A stretch of DNA of 63,463 bases, the filler included, from Reclinomonas americana ATCC 50394 (lineage: Eukaryota), in the NCBI GenBank assembly GCA_048213135.1. It is 6 parts of 2 records of this genome, joined end to end, with 100 filler letters (N's around TTAATTAATTAA, not from the genome) between each part and the next. Parts side by side here need not be neighbours in the genome. Positions count along the whole stretch, not along the records: positions 18,547 to 40,044 come from PS015253.1; 5 more parts are not named here. One strand, written 5' to 3'. Every line of letters begins with the position of its first letter. Within the stretch, counting starts at the first letter, position 1. Positions 25,316 through 38,630 of this stretch are shown one piece after another. The notes beneath the pieces are model-generated. The model saw only the letters and a list, made by a program, of their open reading frames with translations. It was not told where the DNA came from and did no database searches. The position numbers and the translations under genes are program-made.

Positions 25316-26631
25316 TTCTTGAGAGGGACAAGTTGTCCCGATGACGGACGAGGAGACGTCGCTGACACTGTCGACGTGATGTAAGTGCGTCTAACCCATC
25401 ATTGAACCGCGCTATTGGCCCATTAAACCTGCCTGTGTCCGTCAAGATCTTGTCGGCGATCACTCACTGTTGTGCATGGATCGGTGATCATGAATTGTGA
25501 TTGTGAGTGGAAGGTGTTGTCGTTGGCACGGCTGCAGAGCCGTAGCAGTTCCTCAGATCCAGTACGGGACGAGCAGAATGTAAAAGAGAACCATGTCGGG
25601 TTAAGTAGCGTGCAGAATGGCAGAAGTCCACAGTCAGTGGGCGGAAAGCAGCAGCACAACAACTGTGATCCAATGAAGTGCTTGCAAGACGCTGCAGAGG
25701 ACCACGCCAGAGCTCTCCAGATCCGAGATGAAGCAGAATGAACAACAGAGTAGTGCGCTTCCACCCGGCGCCCCTTATCAACAGCGTCGATCCATTAAAG
25801 ACCGTGCACAGGAGTGACACAACTCGGCCCGATCCAAATCCCGACAGAAATGTGCACAATGCCGACGAAGACCAACGCAGAAGGCAGAGCACTCCGGATC
25901 CAAGACGAAAACGTGCAAGACGGGAAAGATGACTCAGACAGCGGGCAGGGCAACGCCGAGTCCGGATCAAAGAAGAAGAATGATCAGCAGCGTTGTCGTC
26001 ACACCTTGAAAGCTCTCTCCCTTTTTTGTGTCTCCCACTTGTCAACAGTGTGTATACGTACATTCGCTGCTGCGCGCTGCAGCAGCATCCATTCAGAGTT
26101 TCTCGGTGTGAGCCATCTGCTCACAACGGGTACTGCAGACAACACAGAGACTCAGTGAGCTCAGAATCGAGCGGTTGCAATGCTGACATCCTTGCTTACT
26201 CTCTCTCTCTCTCTCCATCACTCACACTGTCACCCTCTCACTGTCGGCCCCCTACCCAGTCATCGACATTCTTGCTCACTGAAGGCAATTGCTCTTCTTC
26301 AATTTCTCGTTCAGTCGCTCGCAGTTTTGCTCTTGTCTCCAACTCACTCTGTGCTTCTCGCTCACTGCAGTCACTCTCTCTTGCACTTATTGAGTCCTTC
26401 TCTCACATTGTCTCACTCTGTTTCGCTCGGACTCTTAACTCAATCGCTGATTTCTTCGCCAACTGAAGGCCTATCTTCAATCGCCTGGCGCTTTATCGAT
26501 TACTCTCTAAGTCTCTCGCAGTTTCACTGCCCACCACTCATGCGGCCTCAAACTTACTCTCTCTCTCTCACTCTCGCCCCTCCCTTCCCCTTACACTCCC
26601 TTCCCCTCCCTTCCCCTATTCCTCTCTCCCT

Positions 26632-28307
26632 TCACGCAACAGCTGCAACCAACGGCTGACCGGCAAGTCCATTCATCACATTCCTCACGGCGATGCGAGC
26701 CATTTCCGCTCGCGTCTTTTCCGTGGCACTAGCAAAGTGTGGTGTGATGATGCAGTTCGGCAGCTGCAGCAGCGGATGATTCACCGGCAGCGGCTCAGGG
26801 TCCTGCAGCGACAGTGAGAAGACGAGGAGAATTAAAATAATCGCATCTTCTTGCCGCTGCTCACCGTTACATCGAGCGCAGCCGCTGCCATTCTTCCGGA
26901 TTTGAGCGATGCGTACAGTGCGTCTTGGTTGATCAGCTGCACGAGGGCGATGAGTTTCACAAACACATTCCTCACCACTAATCAGCACCGCACCTTGCCG
27001 CGTGCCGTGTTGACGAGGATGCCACCCTTTTTGAATTCCCGGAACACCATTGTGTCGAAGAGATTAAAGCTTCCTGGCGAGTACGACGTGTGCACCGACA
27101 CAATGTCCTGGAATCGTGCGGTGAGTGCCTATCATCACCGACGATGCACATGATGAGGGGGTGGTATACGCACCGCCGCCGCCACCAACTCGTTCAAGCA
27201 GCGCACATACGTTAGTCGATGACCCAGCTGCGCGAATTCAGCCTCCGCCTCGGGTTTGCGATGCGGTCCACAGTACAAGATCTCATCCGGGCCAAACGCT
27301 GCCATCAGGCGAGCGTAGGTGCTGCCGATGCGCCCGAGACCCACCACCTGCGACACTCACTTGTCACACACAACACATGCCACGAACGCCACATGACGCG
27401 ACTACGCAACGCCCAGCACAGAGCCGCTAATATCCTTGCCACACAGCCTGCGCCCGAGACAAGAATCACACACACAACCTCTTCGCTGTGCTTCGGAAAA
27501 ATACACACACCATTCTGGTTTCCACGTGCTCCACTCGCCCGACCGCACCGCCCGCTCGCCCTCCATCATCCTGGCGCCATCCAATGAGCAAAAGGAAGAC
27601 TTGCTGTAAGGCACAGAGGCACACTCACCGTCGCGTCGCAGCAAGAGTGAGTCCGACCGCCAGCTCCGCCGTCGATCGAGTCAGCACATTGGGTGTGTAT
27701 CCCACCTGAATGCCACGCTCGCGGCACCTGGCCAGATCGATGTGATCCACGCCTACGCTCATTGTCGACACCACCTGCACGCGCTCGAGATGAGCACAAG
27801 AGAGGGCAAACGAGCGATCGATTGGCGATCGGTATGTGCGCACCTTCAGTCGCGGTCCGCACGCATCCAACACCGCTCCATCGATCTTATCGCTGCGCAG
27901 ACGAGAGAGTATGAGAGGGAAGTGCAGTGGAGGCATCACGTGTGTTGGAAGAAAGCACTGTGCCTGAGTGTGCAGATGAGACCCTCGGGTTGTCGATCGC
28001 GCAGTTCTTGTAGCAGCACATCGCGCGGAATGGCCTCAGCTGCGCACACAGACAGAGATCAGCACACACACAGATAACGCCAACGCGCGAGCGAGAGGCA
28101 GACCGTTGTCCCTGCGCGCGTGTGCATCAGTGTCAGTCGCATGAGCGATAAAGAGTTGTGTGCTTAGAGCAAGTACCAAAACGCAAAGCCGAGTCGCAGA
28201 AATCGCTCTCGCATGCCGAGATTGAGCAGGCGAGTCATGAACACAGAGCACTGCCCAAAGGCGCCGTTCATGGCACCAGTGGGCGCACCAATCGCCGTCG
28301 CGGCCAT
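26632..28307 (-). CDS. GRHPR: Glyoxylate/hydroxypyruvate reductase (D-2-hydroxyacid dehydrogenase)
   Basis: [66 protein letters not shown]. Confidence 0.85.
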
Positions 28308-28549
28308 TTGGTTGACACAATAAAGTGATGCAGCAGGACAAAGTGATTGGCTGGCAGTGATGCGAGGGTGGGGGTGAGAGGGTGGTGTTGTGCGTGATAT
28401 GAGGTACCTGTGGGAGAAATCTGGCATCAAGTGGCGGCAAGGGAGGCGCGATGCAATGGATTTTAACCGTCGACGTCGCGAAGTTGCATTGACTCAGCGG
28501 CTCGGAAAGCAACGGCAGCAATCTGCAGATATGAGTGACGGGGCGTAGT

Positions 28550-28920
28550 ACTACAGTGCCCACCGTGTTAAGTGGCTCAGACGAGCAAGCGACCGAGGAG
28601 AGCAGCGACGTTGCACCACGTAGGACAATCTGCTCTGCAGCTTGTGAAAAGTGTGCTCTTGTGAAGACGAGTGTGCACATATGTCGAAAAGAGCTCCAGT
28701 CACAGCACCCACTGTGTTTCGTGGCTCAGGCGAGTCAGTGACCGGAGAAGCTGCGACGTTTAACTGCGCAGGACATTCACCTCTGCTTCTTGTGCAAAGC
28801 AAGCAAGTGAGAAAGCGAGCGTGTAAATGCGTCGAATAGGGCCCGAGTCACAGTATCCACTGTGTTTCGCGGCTCAGGCGAGTCAATGACCGGAGAAAGC
28901 CTCGACGCTCGCACATTGCA
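28550..28920. repeat. Degenerate ~148-bp tandem repeat, about 2.5-3 copies
   Basis: CCAC(C/T)GTGTT..GGCTCAG at 28560, 28709 and 28857. Confidence 0.7.
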
Positions 28921-29149
28921 GGACAGTTGCCTTGCTACTTGCAGAGAGCGTGCACACGCGAAGACGAGCATGCAGACGAGCTATACTATACCACAACCAC
29001 AGGTATCTGTGATAGCAGAGGCGCGCAAGTGAGCAGGGAAAGCCGCGACGTTCCCCACATCCAGGACAAATCACCTTTTCACCACAAAAACACAGCAAGA
29101 ACGCGAGAAGAAAGCCAGCGTGCATTGTGTCTCTTAGTGTACTTATCAA

Positions 29150-29535
29150 ATGGGAAAAGGCCGACGCAATGTCGTGTCTGCGCAAGGCAGGCACAACAAG
29201 AAGAACAAGAAACGCGATGATGACTATGCAGAGTCGTCTGTGCCACGTGGCTTGGCTGCTCTTGCGCAACCGGTGAGTGACTGAGAGTGGGAGAGAAAGA
29301 AGAGTGAGAGAGAGAAAAGTGAAAGTGTTTCTCACGTGAAAGTGCGCGTGTGACATGTCAATTGGGGCTCTCTCAGTCGCGACCAAGAGGTGAGTGTGCT
29401 TGTGTGTGTGTCTGTATGTGTTTATGTGCAGTTGTCGCCCTCTGTGTGTGTGTGTCAGAGAGGTGATTTATTTCTGGCTCTGCAGGCATTCGTGGATTGG
29501 CCAATCTCGGGAATACCTGCTTCTTCAACTCAGGT

Positions 29536-29576
<41 letters not shown>

Positions 29577-30701
29577 GGAGGGAGGAGGAGGAGAGGAGGA
29601 GGAGGAGGTAGGTTGGTAGTAGACGAAGAAGGTAGGACGAGAGGTAGAGGACGGGACCGAACGTAGTCGGACGGTTAGGGTAGGAAGGAAGGAAGGANNN
29701 NNNNNNNNNNNNNNNNNNNNNNNNNNNNNNNNNNNNNNNNNNNNNNNNNNNNNNNNNNNNNNNNNNNNNNNNNNNNNNNNNNNNNNNNNNNNNNNNNNNN
29801 NNNNNNNNNNNNNNNNNNNNNNNNNNNNNNNNNNNNNNNNNNNNNNNNNNNNNNNNNNNNNNNNNNNNNNNNNNNNNNNNNNNNNNNNNNNNNNNNNNNN
29901 NNNNNNNNNNNNNNNNNNNNNNNNNNNNNNNNNNNNNNNNNNNNNNNNNNNNNNNNNNNNNNNNNNNNNNNNNNNNNNNNNNNNNNNNNNNNNNNNNNNN
30001 NNNNNNNNNNNNNNNNNNNNNNNNNNNNNNNNNNNNNNNNNNNNNNNNNNNNNNNNNNNNNNNNNNNNNNNNNNNNNNNNNNNNNNNNNNNNNNNNNNNN
30101 NNNNNNNNNNNNNNNNNNNNNNNNNNNNNNNNNNNNNNNNNNNNNNNNNNNNNNNNNNNNNNNNNNNNNNNNNNNNNNNNNNNNNNNNNNNNNNNNNNNN
30201 NNNNNNNNNNNNNNNNNNNNNNNNNNNNNNNNNNNNNNNNNNNNNNNNNNNNNNNNNNNNNNNNNNNNNNNNNNNNNNNNNNNNNNNNNNNNNNNNNNNN
30301 NNNNNNNNNNNNNNNNNNNNNNNNNNNNNNNNNNNNNNNNNNNNNNNNNNNNNNNNNNNNNNNNNNNNNNNNNNNNNNNNNNNNNNNNNNNNNNNNNNNN
30401 NNNNNNNNNNNNNNNNNNNNNNNNNNNNNNNNNNNNNNNNNNNNNNNNNNNNNNNNNNNNNNNNNNNNNNNNNNNNNNNNNNNNNNNNNNNNNNNNNNNN
30501 NNNNNNNNNNNNNNNNNNNNNNNNNNNNNNNNNNNNNNNNNNNNNNNNNNNNNNNNNNNNNNNNNNNNNNNNNNNNNNNNNNNNNNNNNNNNNNNNNNNN
30601 NNNNNNNNNNNNNNNNNNNNNNNNNNNNNNNNNNNNNNNNNNNNNNNNNNNNNNNNNNNNNNNNNNNNNNNNNNNNNNNNNNNNNNNNNNNNNNNCGTAG
30701 A

Positions 30702-30744
<43 letters not shown>

Positions 30745-33700
30745 AGGGAGAGGCAGAGGTGAGAGGAGTGGTTGATGCAAGAGGTGACAGGATGAGGCGG
30801 ACATGCGAGTTGGAGAGAGAGAAGAGAATGCATGCAAGCAGCTGCACTGACGCATGCGCACAGAGTGAGAGCGTGGTTGATGGAGGCAGCCTCACCGTTT
30901 CAACTTGTCTTGCACTCAGGATGCAGTTCGTGTTTGGGATAGAGAGAGAGAGAAACAGAGAGACAAGTGCACACATTCACACCCTCAGACTGACTCTGGA
31001 GCATCTGCCGCGTTGCACCTGCTTCGCTCCATCGTGTCTCCGAGCACCTTGTTTTTGTTGCACGCTGTCGCTTCATACCCATCGGTGTTTTGCCCTTTCA
31101 TGTCCACTGTCTCATTTGCTGCACTCTCGCCCTCTGCTTCTCTCTCTTGTTGACTGAGTGTGATTGCAGTGTTGCAAGTTCTCGGCCAGACGGCACCACT
31201 GGTGGAGTACTTTATGTCGGATCCAGAGTTGTACTTGACGATGGATTACATGTGTGGTGAGTTGTCATGCCGGGTGGACAGGATGGCATTGTTGTCGGGG
31301 ATGCTGCGCCGATCGCTTGGAGTTGGCACTCGCCCTCACTTTCCTGTCACTTGCGTTCACTCCCATTCCTGTCGCTTGCGTTCTCTCCTTCCTCGTCGCT
31401 CACTCTTTCACTCTCGTCGCTCGTTCGCTCTCCCTCTTTGTCGTTGCTCGTTCCCCTTTATTGTCACCCGCTCTCTCCCTTGATCGTTGCCTGCATTCAC
31501 CCTCCTCCGCGTCGTTCATGCACACACGCTCTCTATGGTTGTCTCTCGCTCTGTCTACTTATCTCACGATCTCCTCCCTTCTATCACTCTCTCTCTCTCA
31601 CACACACACACTCACACACTCACTCACTCTTTCCCTTTGTCGTCTCTCACTCTCCTTTGTCGTCGCTCACTCTCTTTGCTTCCCCACTGCTCACTCTCTC
31701 CTTACATCGTCGTTCATTCTCTCCCTTCCTCGTCGCTCACTCTTTCCCCTTGCCCATCGTTCGCACTTTCCCCCTCTTCGTCTCTCGCGTTCTCCATTCC
31801 TCATCGTTTGCTCTCTCCTTTCCTCGTCCTTCATTCTCTCCCTTCCTCGTCGCTCACTCTTTCACCCTCTTCGTCTCTCGCGTTCTCCATTCCTCGTCGC
31901 TAGCTCTTCCTTTCTTGTCGCTCGCTCTCCTTCCCCCTTCCCTTCCCCCTTCCCTTCCCCCCTCCCTTTCCCTCTCCCTTCCCCTCCTTCTTCCCCCTTC
32001 CCCTCTTCCCTCTCCCNNNNNNNNNNNNNNNNNNNNNNNNNNNNNNNNNNNNNNNNNNNNNNNNNNNNNNNNNNNNNNNNNNNNNNNNNNNNNNNNNNNN
32101 NNNNNNNNNNNNNNNNNNNNNNNNNNNNNNNNNNNNNNNNNNNNNNNNNNNNNNNNNNNNNNNNNNNNNNNNNNNNNNNTCGCTCGCTCTCCTTCCCCCT
32201 TCCCTTCCCCCTTCCCTTCCCCCCTCCCTTTCCCTCTCCCTTCCCCTCCCTTCTTCCCCTTCCCCTCTTCCCTCTCCCTTTCCCTTTTATTCCCCTTCCT
32301 CACCCTTCCCCCCTCTTCGCGCAGAGGAACCTCACCCCCTCGACGACATCGTCACCATGCCCGCCCGTTCAGTGGAGGCACAGCTGACGATGGTGCAGGC
32401 CTTTGGCACCGTGCTTCGCGACGTGTGGCAGGCCGACAAGGCCGGCTCCACCCTGCGACCCTCGGTCTTGTTTGACGCACTGGCGGCCAAGGTCGCTCGC
32501 TTCCGCGGCAACCACCAGCAGGATGCGCAGGAGATGTTGAGGTGCTTGACGGACTTGATGTTGACGGAGCTGCGTGTGCACTTTGGCAAGCGCATGGTAC
32601 CCCCGCCGCCGCCTCCACCCGAGCCGCCAGCAGTGGTGGCAGGAGAAGGTGGAGACGCAGCAGCAGCAGCAGCAACTACCACAACAGCCACCACGGATGG
32701 AACGGCCGCCACGGATGCAGGCGCGTTGGTGGTACCCGACATCAAGCTGAAGAAATCGAAGAAGCAAAAGGGCGGAAACGGCAAGAACAAGAACAAGCGG
32801 AAAGGCGGGAGCATTTTCGGCTATCTGGGTGCGGCATTCGCCGATGAGTCGTCGGAGGACGAGGGTGGCTGGGAGCACTGTTGCGTTTCCTCCTTCTTCT
32901 CTCTATCATGCGGACTGCGCATTTGTGTTGACTTCGTGTCGACAGTTGTGGATCCGTACGGTGGTTTCGAACCGCGATACCTCTCACGCATCCCCACCTT
33001 TGTCAACGATGTGTTTGGCGGCGAGTTGAATGTCACGTGTGTGTGCCACCGCTGCGCAACGTGTTCCACGCGCCTCGAACCGTTCCTGGATCTGTCGTTG
33101 CCGGTGCCGGAGAAGCCCCGAAAAGCGCCGGCGCCTGCCGCTACCAGCAGCGCCAGTGGCTCCAATAGCAAGGGACGCAAGGGAGGAGCGGCTGTGGTCG
33201 TGGCACCGTCAAGAACCGACGAGCAAGACGGAAAGCAGTTCATGAGCCAGCGTGACAAGAAGAAGTTGCAAAAGGAGAATCGACAGGCACGTACACGAGT
33301 GTGTGTGTGCTCTTGCGTGCGTTGGTGATCGGGGCCTCATTTCCCCTTCCGCGCGCAGGCCATGTTTTTGGAGGCACAGCGCATCCGTGCCGGCCTGCCG
33401 CCGACTCCGCCGGCCGGCAAGAAGGGTGCCGCGGCCAAGCAAGTCCCAGAAGTCACAGAGGCCGAGAAGGAGGAGGCGGAGATGGCCGACCTGGTGCGCT
33501 CGCTGAGCGAAATGAGCGTGGACTCGACGAGGTGCGTACCATCACGGGTGTTCTCCCCCTGTCGAGTTCGTGTCACCGACAGCGCATTGTGCTGTGCGCA
33601 GTGAGCGTTCACAAGCCGAGGCGGAGGCCATTATCGAGGAGGCCGAGTTTGGACGATTCCGTTTCCTGTGCTACTTTTACCAGAAGGCAACAGATGAGAT

Positions 33701-35457
33701 TGTGGGTGGTGCGGCAAGCCGTGAATACGACGACGAGGAGGAGGAGGAGGAGGCTGTGGAGGATCCGTGGGGACATTGGAGGAAACGAGTGCAGGAGCTG
33801 AAGGATGAGGCGCAGTTGACCATTAGGTGGGTGCACACGCCAAGTCCAGAAACCTGTTACACAGACGCACGCGCACAAGCAATGTGCTCTCTCGCGCTCC
33901 ATTGTTTTGCTGCACTTGCACTCTTCTGCTTTCGCCGCACTTACTCGGTCTCACGCACTCGCACTTACACTCTCAACACTCACACAAGCGCAGTCATCCG
34001 CAGCCTCACGTAAGCACGCTTTACGCGAGCAATCCATTTCGTTCATTTCACCCCTCCCGTTCTCCGCCCTGTACCCTTCTTTGCCCTTCACTCCCTCTCC
34101 CTCTTGTCTCCCCGTTTACCCTCTTACCCTCCTGCGCCATTAGAGCGCTCTCTCACTCCCTACACAAGAGAGTGTTTTCGACGACTCCATGATGTTGGTG
34201 TTGCAACGTTGCTTGAGAGTCAGCTACTCTGATTGTTTTTCTCTCTCACTTTCTCTCTCTCTCTCTCTCACTCTCACTCTCACTCTCACTCTCTTCTCCC
34301 TTCCCCTCCCTCCCTTCTCCCTTCTCTCACCCCCACATCAGGGACTCCATCTTGGACACCGCGGAGCCATCACTGGCCGGTGCCTCGCAAGCCAGCATCA
34401 CTGTGGAGCGATGTTGGCGCAACTTTTGCTCCAAGGAGGTGCTGGGCGGTGACAATGGCTTCCGCTGTGAGGCCTGCGAAGACACGTTTGTGTTGACACC
34501 GGATACGAGACTATCGAATGCGACGCGGCAGATGACACTGCACTCGGCACCGTTGACGTTGACGTTGCATCTGAAGCGATTCGCCCACTCGGCGTACGGG
34601 TTCGAGAAGAACGACCAGTTTGTGCGTTTTCCCGAGTTCCTGGATGCGCGACCGTTCCTCGGTCCGCACGCGTCGCGCAGTCAGGCCCTGGAGTACAGGC
34701 TATACGGAGTGGTTGTACACAGTGGAAGTGCGTGGATGAGGGGAGGAGGAGGGAGAGGAGGCTGTGGCTCATCTTTTGTGGACAGGTCTGCACGGTGGTC
34801 ACTACACGTGTTTCATTCGACGACTCGACCTCGACGCCATGCTGGTCCGCGCACCGGGGGAGGAGGACGACGCCGGTGCGGGCAGCGGGTTTGTGGAGGA
34901 AGCCGAGGAAGGAGCGTCAGGATCGGCCGATCCCAGGCCACGTGAGGGACCGTTGCACTTTGTGAGTCGCCGCGCAATGCGCATCTTTGTCAGTCTCTCT
35001 CTCTTCTCCTCCTCCTCCTCCTGGTCCCCATCTCTTCTCGTGTCTTTTTCCTCCTCCTCTTCCTCCTCCTGCTCTCCATTCCTTCTCTTGGTCCCCATCC
35101 CTTCTCTTGGTCCCCATCCCTTCTCTTGTCTATTTCCTGACTTTCCCTTCCCCTCCCTCCCCCCTCTCTCTCTTTCTCCTCCTCCTCCTCCTGCTCCTCT
35201 TGGTCTCCATTCCTCCTCTTGGTCCCCATCCCTTCTCTTGTCTTTTTCCTGACTTTCCCTTCCACCCTCCCTTCCCCCTCGCGCAGAACCTCCCCTCCCA
35301 ACACATCCTGCCCGACGGACAGTCCACCTACCGCTGGTCATACCCACCACCCCGCGGCGACTGGTTCTACTGCTCCGACTCCACCACACGCCAAGTCAAG
35401 ATCGACGAGGTGCTGGCGGCGCAGGCCTACATGCTCTTTTACGAACGCTTCCGGTGA
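29150..35457 (+). CDS. Ubiquitin-specific protease (peptidase C19, USP16/45-like catalytic domain)
   Basis: Cys box GLANLGNTCFFNS, QQDAQE, FGGEL, EPFLDLSL, LTLHLKRF, His box YRLYGVVVHSG/LHGGHY, WFYCSDS, AYMLFYERFR*. 5' exons 29150-29272, 29377-29389 and 29486-29533 join in frame. Confidence 0.9.
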
Positions 35458-36329
35458 CGAGCGGAATGATAATATCTTTTAGCAATGCACACACGAGGAG
35501 GGTTGGATTCGGNNNNNNNNNNNNNNNNNNNNNNNNNNNNNNNNNNNNNNNNNNNNNNNNNNNNNNNNNNNNNNNNNNNNNNNNNNNNNNNNNNNNNNNN
35601 NNNNNNNNNNNNNNNNNNNNNNNNNNNNNNNNNNNNNNNNNNNNNNNNNNNNNNNNNNNNNNNNNNNNNNNNNNNNNNNNNNNNNNNNNNNNNNNNNNNN
35701 NNNNNNNNNNNNNNNNNNNNNNNNNNNNNNNNNNNNNNNNNNNNNNNNNNNNNNNNNNNNNNNNNNNNNNNNNNNNNNNNNNNNNNNNNNNNNNNNNNNN
35801 NNNNNNNNNNNNNNNNNNNNNNNNNNNNNNNNNNNNNNNNNNNNNNNNNNNNNNNNNNNNNNNNNNNNNNNNNNNNNNNNNNNNNNNNNNNNNNNNNNNN
35901 NNNNNNNNNNNNNNNNNNNNNNNNNNNNNNNNNNNNNNNNNNNNNNNNNNNNNNNNNNNNNNNNNNNNNNNNNNNNNNNNNNNNNNNNNNNNNNNNNNNN
36001 NNNNNNNNNNNNNNNNNNNNNNNNNNNNNNNNNNNNNNNNNNNNNNNNNNNNNNNNNNNNNNNNNNNNNNNNNNNNNNNNNNNNNNNNNNNNNNNNNNNN
36101 NNNNNNNNNNNNNNNNNNNNNNNNNNNNNNNNNNNNNNNNNNNNNNNNNNNNNNNNNNNNNNNNNNNNNNNNNNNNNNNNNNNNNNNNNNNNNNNNNNNN
36201 NNNNNNNNNNNNNNNNNNNNNNNNNNNNNNNNNNNNNNNNNNNNNNNGTGGGAGGGAGGGATGGGGTGCAGAAGTGAGCCACATGGGAGGCGGAGAAGAA
36301 CAAGCAAAAGGTAGCGAAAGATGTCGTAC

Positions 36330-38002
36330 CGTGTGGTCGAGGCGTGTGCCATAATGTTGCCGCCAATGGGCTTCTTCGGATCGGCCGCAAACATGGAGGC
36401 ACCGTCGACTTGCGCCACGACTTGGTTCGTGATGACCACGGCCACTCCGAACTGTGGGCATGCAGACAGTGAGCAACGACAGAGAAGAAGCGATTGTTGT
36501 GGCCGTGCGAACCTCGTCGGCCAGGCGGGCCAGCGAGCGGAGGAAACGCGCCAAGTGCATCTGGCGCGACGACAGCTCACCACGACCCGAGTAGTCGGTG
36601 CGGTAGAGCGCCGTGGAGCTGTCGACCACCAGCAAGGCATATCTGCGGGCGTTCACGGCATGTGAGTAAAGCGGGAGGGCAAAAAACGGGCCATCGGACT
36701 CACCGCGACTCGGCCATCAGCGCGGCAGCGTGCATCAGCAGCGTGGTCTGGTGATCCGAGTTGTAGGCACGCGCATACGCCACGTTGTCCATGACGGCGT
36801 CGGGAGCCAGACCAAAGCTGCGAACAGGACGTGGTGAGCGAGAAGGCAGCGGCGGCGACGACGACCATGTCAAGCAGACGTACCGCTCAGCAATGGCATG
36901 CAGGCGCTCGGGGCGGAAGGTGCCCTCCGTGTCAATGTACAGCGCCTTGCCATCGCCACCACCCGACTCGACACCCAACTGCCGCACAAACATTTTTAGC
37001 CCGCCAAAAAAATTGCGGGAGATACCATATTTGGCAAGAGGGAGCGACAAGGGGTGGAGGAGGGAGAGGAAGAGAACAGAGCAAAGGGGAACACCGCACC
37101 TGCGCAGTGACACACAGAGTGTGGCAGATTTGCGTCTTGCCCGTGCGGAACTCGCCAAAGATCTCGCAAATCGACGCCGTCTCAATGCCGCCTGCGCGCG
37201 CGCACACACACACACAGACACACAACCAAGTGAGCACAAAGAGCGAGAGAAAAGACAGAAGGAGAGAGAGCGACTCTTTTTCACAGAAGCACACACAAAC
37301 CTCCCAGCAGGCGATCCAGCTCCTTTGAGCCGGTGGAGATAAAGACCAAGTCCTCGCGCTTCTTGGCGTGCTCAGTGGCCGTCGTGAAGCCCATGGGAAT
37401 CAGCTTGGTGGCCTCAGCAATGAGCTTGTCGGCCTTGGCTGCAACGAGAGAAAGAGAGTGTGAGCGAGACAGAGAGAGAGACAAGTCGCGCTCTCTTTCT
37501 TTTACACACGCACCTTCACTGATGCCTTTGATGGTGATCAGTTGCTTCTTGGGCGTAAAGGCCACGCTCTCCACTGTGTGGAAGCCGGCCTCGATGAGCT
37601 TCTTCACATCAGAGGCAGTGATGCCAGCGCCCTGCACACACGAGAGAGAGAGAGAGAGAGTGAGAGTCATGACATGCGCGCGCGCTCAGTGTGTGAGTCA
37701 CAGTGTGTGTGTGTGTGCGTGCGTACCTCGAGCTTGTTAATGGGCATCGCTGTGGGTGAGGGAGAGAGAGGGCGAGTGAGTGAGTGATGGCGATATCGCG
37801 CGCAACACACGCACGTACACAAACACGCGCGCGCGCTCTCTCTTTCACACACGCGCAAAGAGAACAACAGCACACGCACGCACAACGCAAAGAGAGAGAA
37901 AACACACACAAAGAGAGAGTGCGTGCGTGTGCGCGCGAAGACGCAACGTCCACTCTCCTCCTCCGCCACCTCCTCAGCCTCACGCACAGCCGCACGACTC
38001 AT
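36330..38002 (-). CDS. RAD51: DNA recombinase RAD51 (3' end presumably in gap 35513-36247)
   Basis: [88 protein letters not shown]. Confidence 0.95.
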
Positions 38003-38630
38003 CTCGTTGTTGTTGTTGTTGTTTGAAAGAAAGAAAAAGCAGATGGCGTTCGCGCACAGACGACGATGCAAAAAAACGAGTGGTTTGCTTCGCGAGTTGC
38101 GCGAAAATGACGTCACCGGCAACACATTGTCCACGCATGCGCGATTTACAGTGTGGCAGAGCACTGCAACGACAGCGGCAGTGCAATAGAGCGTGGTAGA
38201 CAGTGAGCAGAGTGGCATCTTGTGAGTGGCGCGCTGTAATGCAGCTGTGGCAAGCGCGCGCGCGCTCGGACGAATTTTCGTTTTTTAAATTCGTGCGCTT
38301 GAAGAATAGAAGTGCGCGTGCGTGTACGAGCAGGTGATCGGTGTGCGCTTGCTGCTGCGCGTGCTTCGGGAGAAAACGCGCTTTTACAAAAGGACAATCA
38401 CGCCGGTGAACCTGACAGACCGTGGAAATGCACATTCGAATCCCCGCTTCAAACCTTCAACCGCGCGTGTGTGCGTGTCTCTGTGCCACTGCGCGCGCAC
38501 ACCACATAGAGAGAGTTACGCACCACACGCTCTCTCACTGTCCCACTCTTGCAGTCACTCACCATGTGCGCATGCACGGAAAAACCTGCATTTTACACAC
38601 ACTCTCTCTCTCTCACTCACTCTCACAGTC

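Noticed and set aside
25423-26630. Short ORFs between JMJD5 and GRHPR
   Set aside because: No motifs or coherent exon chain.
36330-38002. Meiotic DMC1
   Set aside because: Diagnostic segments ([27 protein letters not shown]) are RAD51-type.
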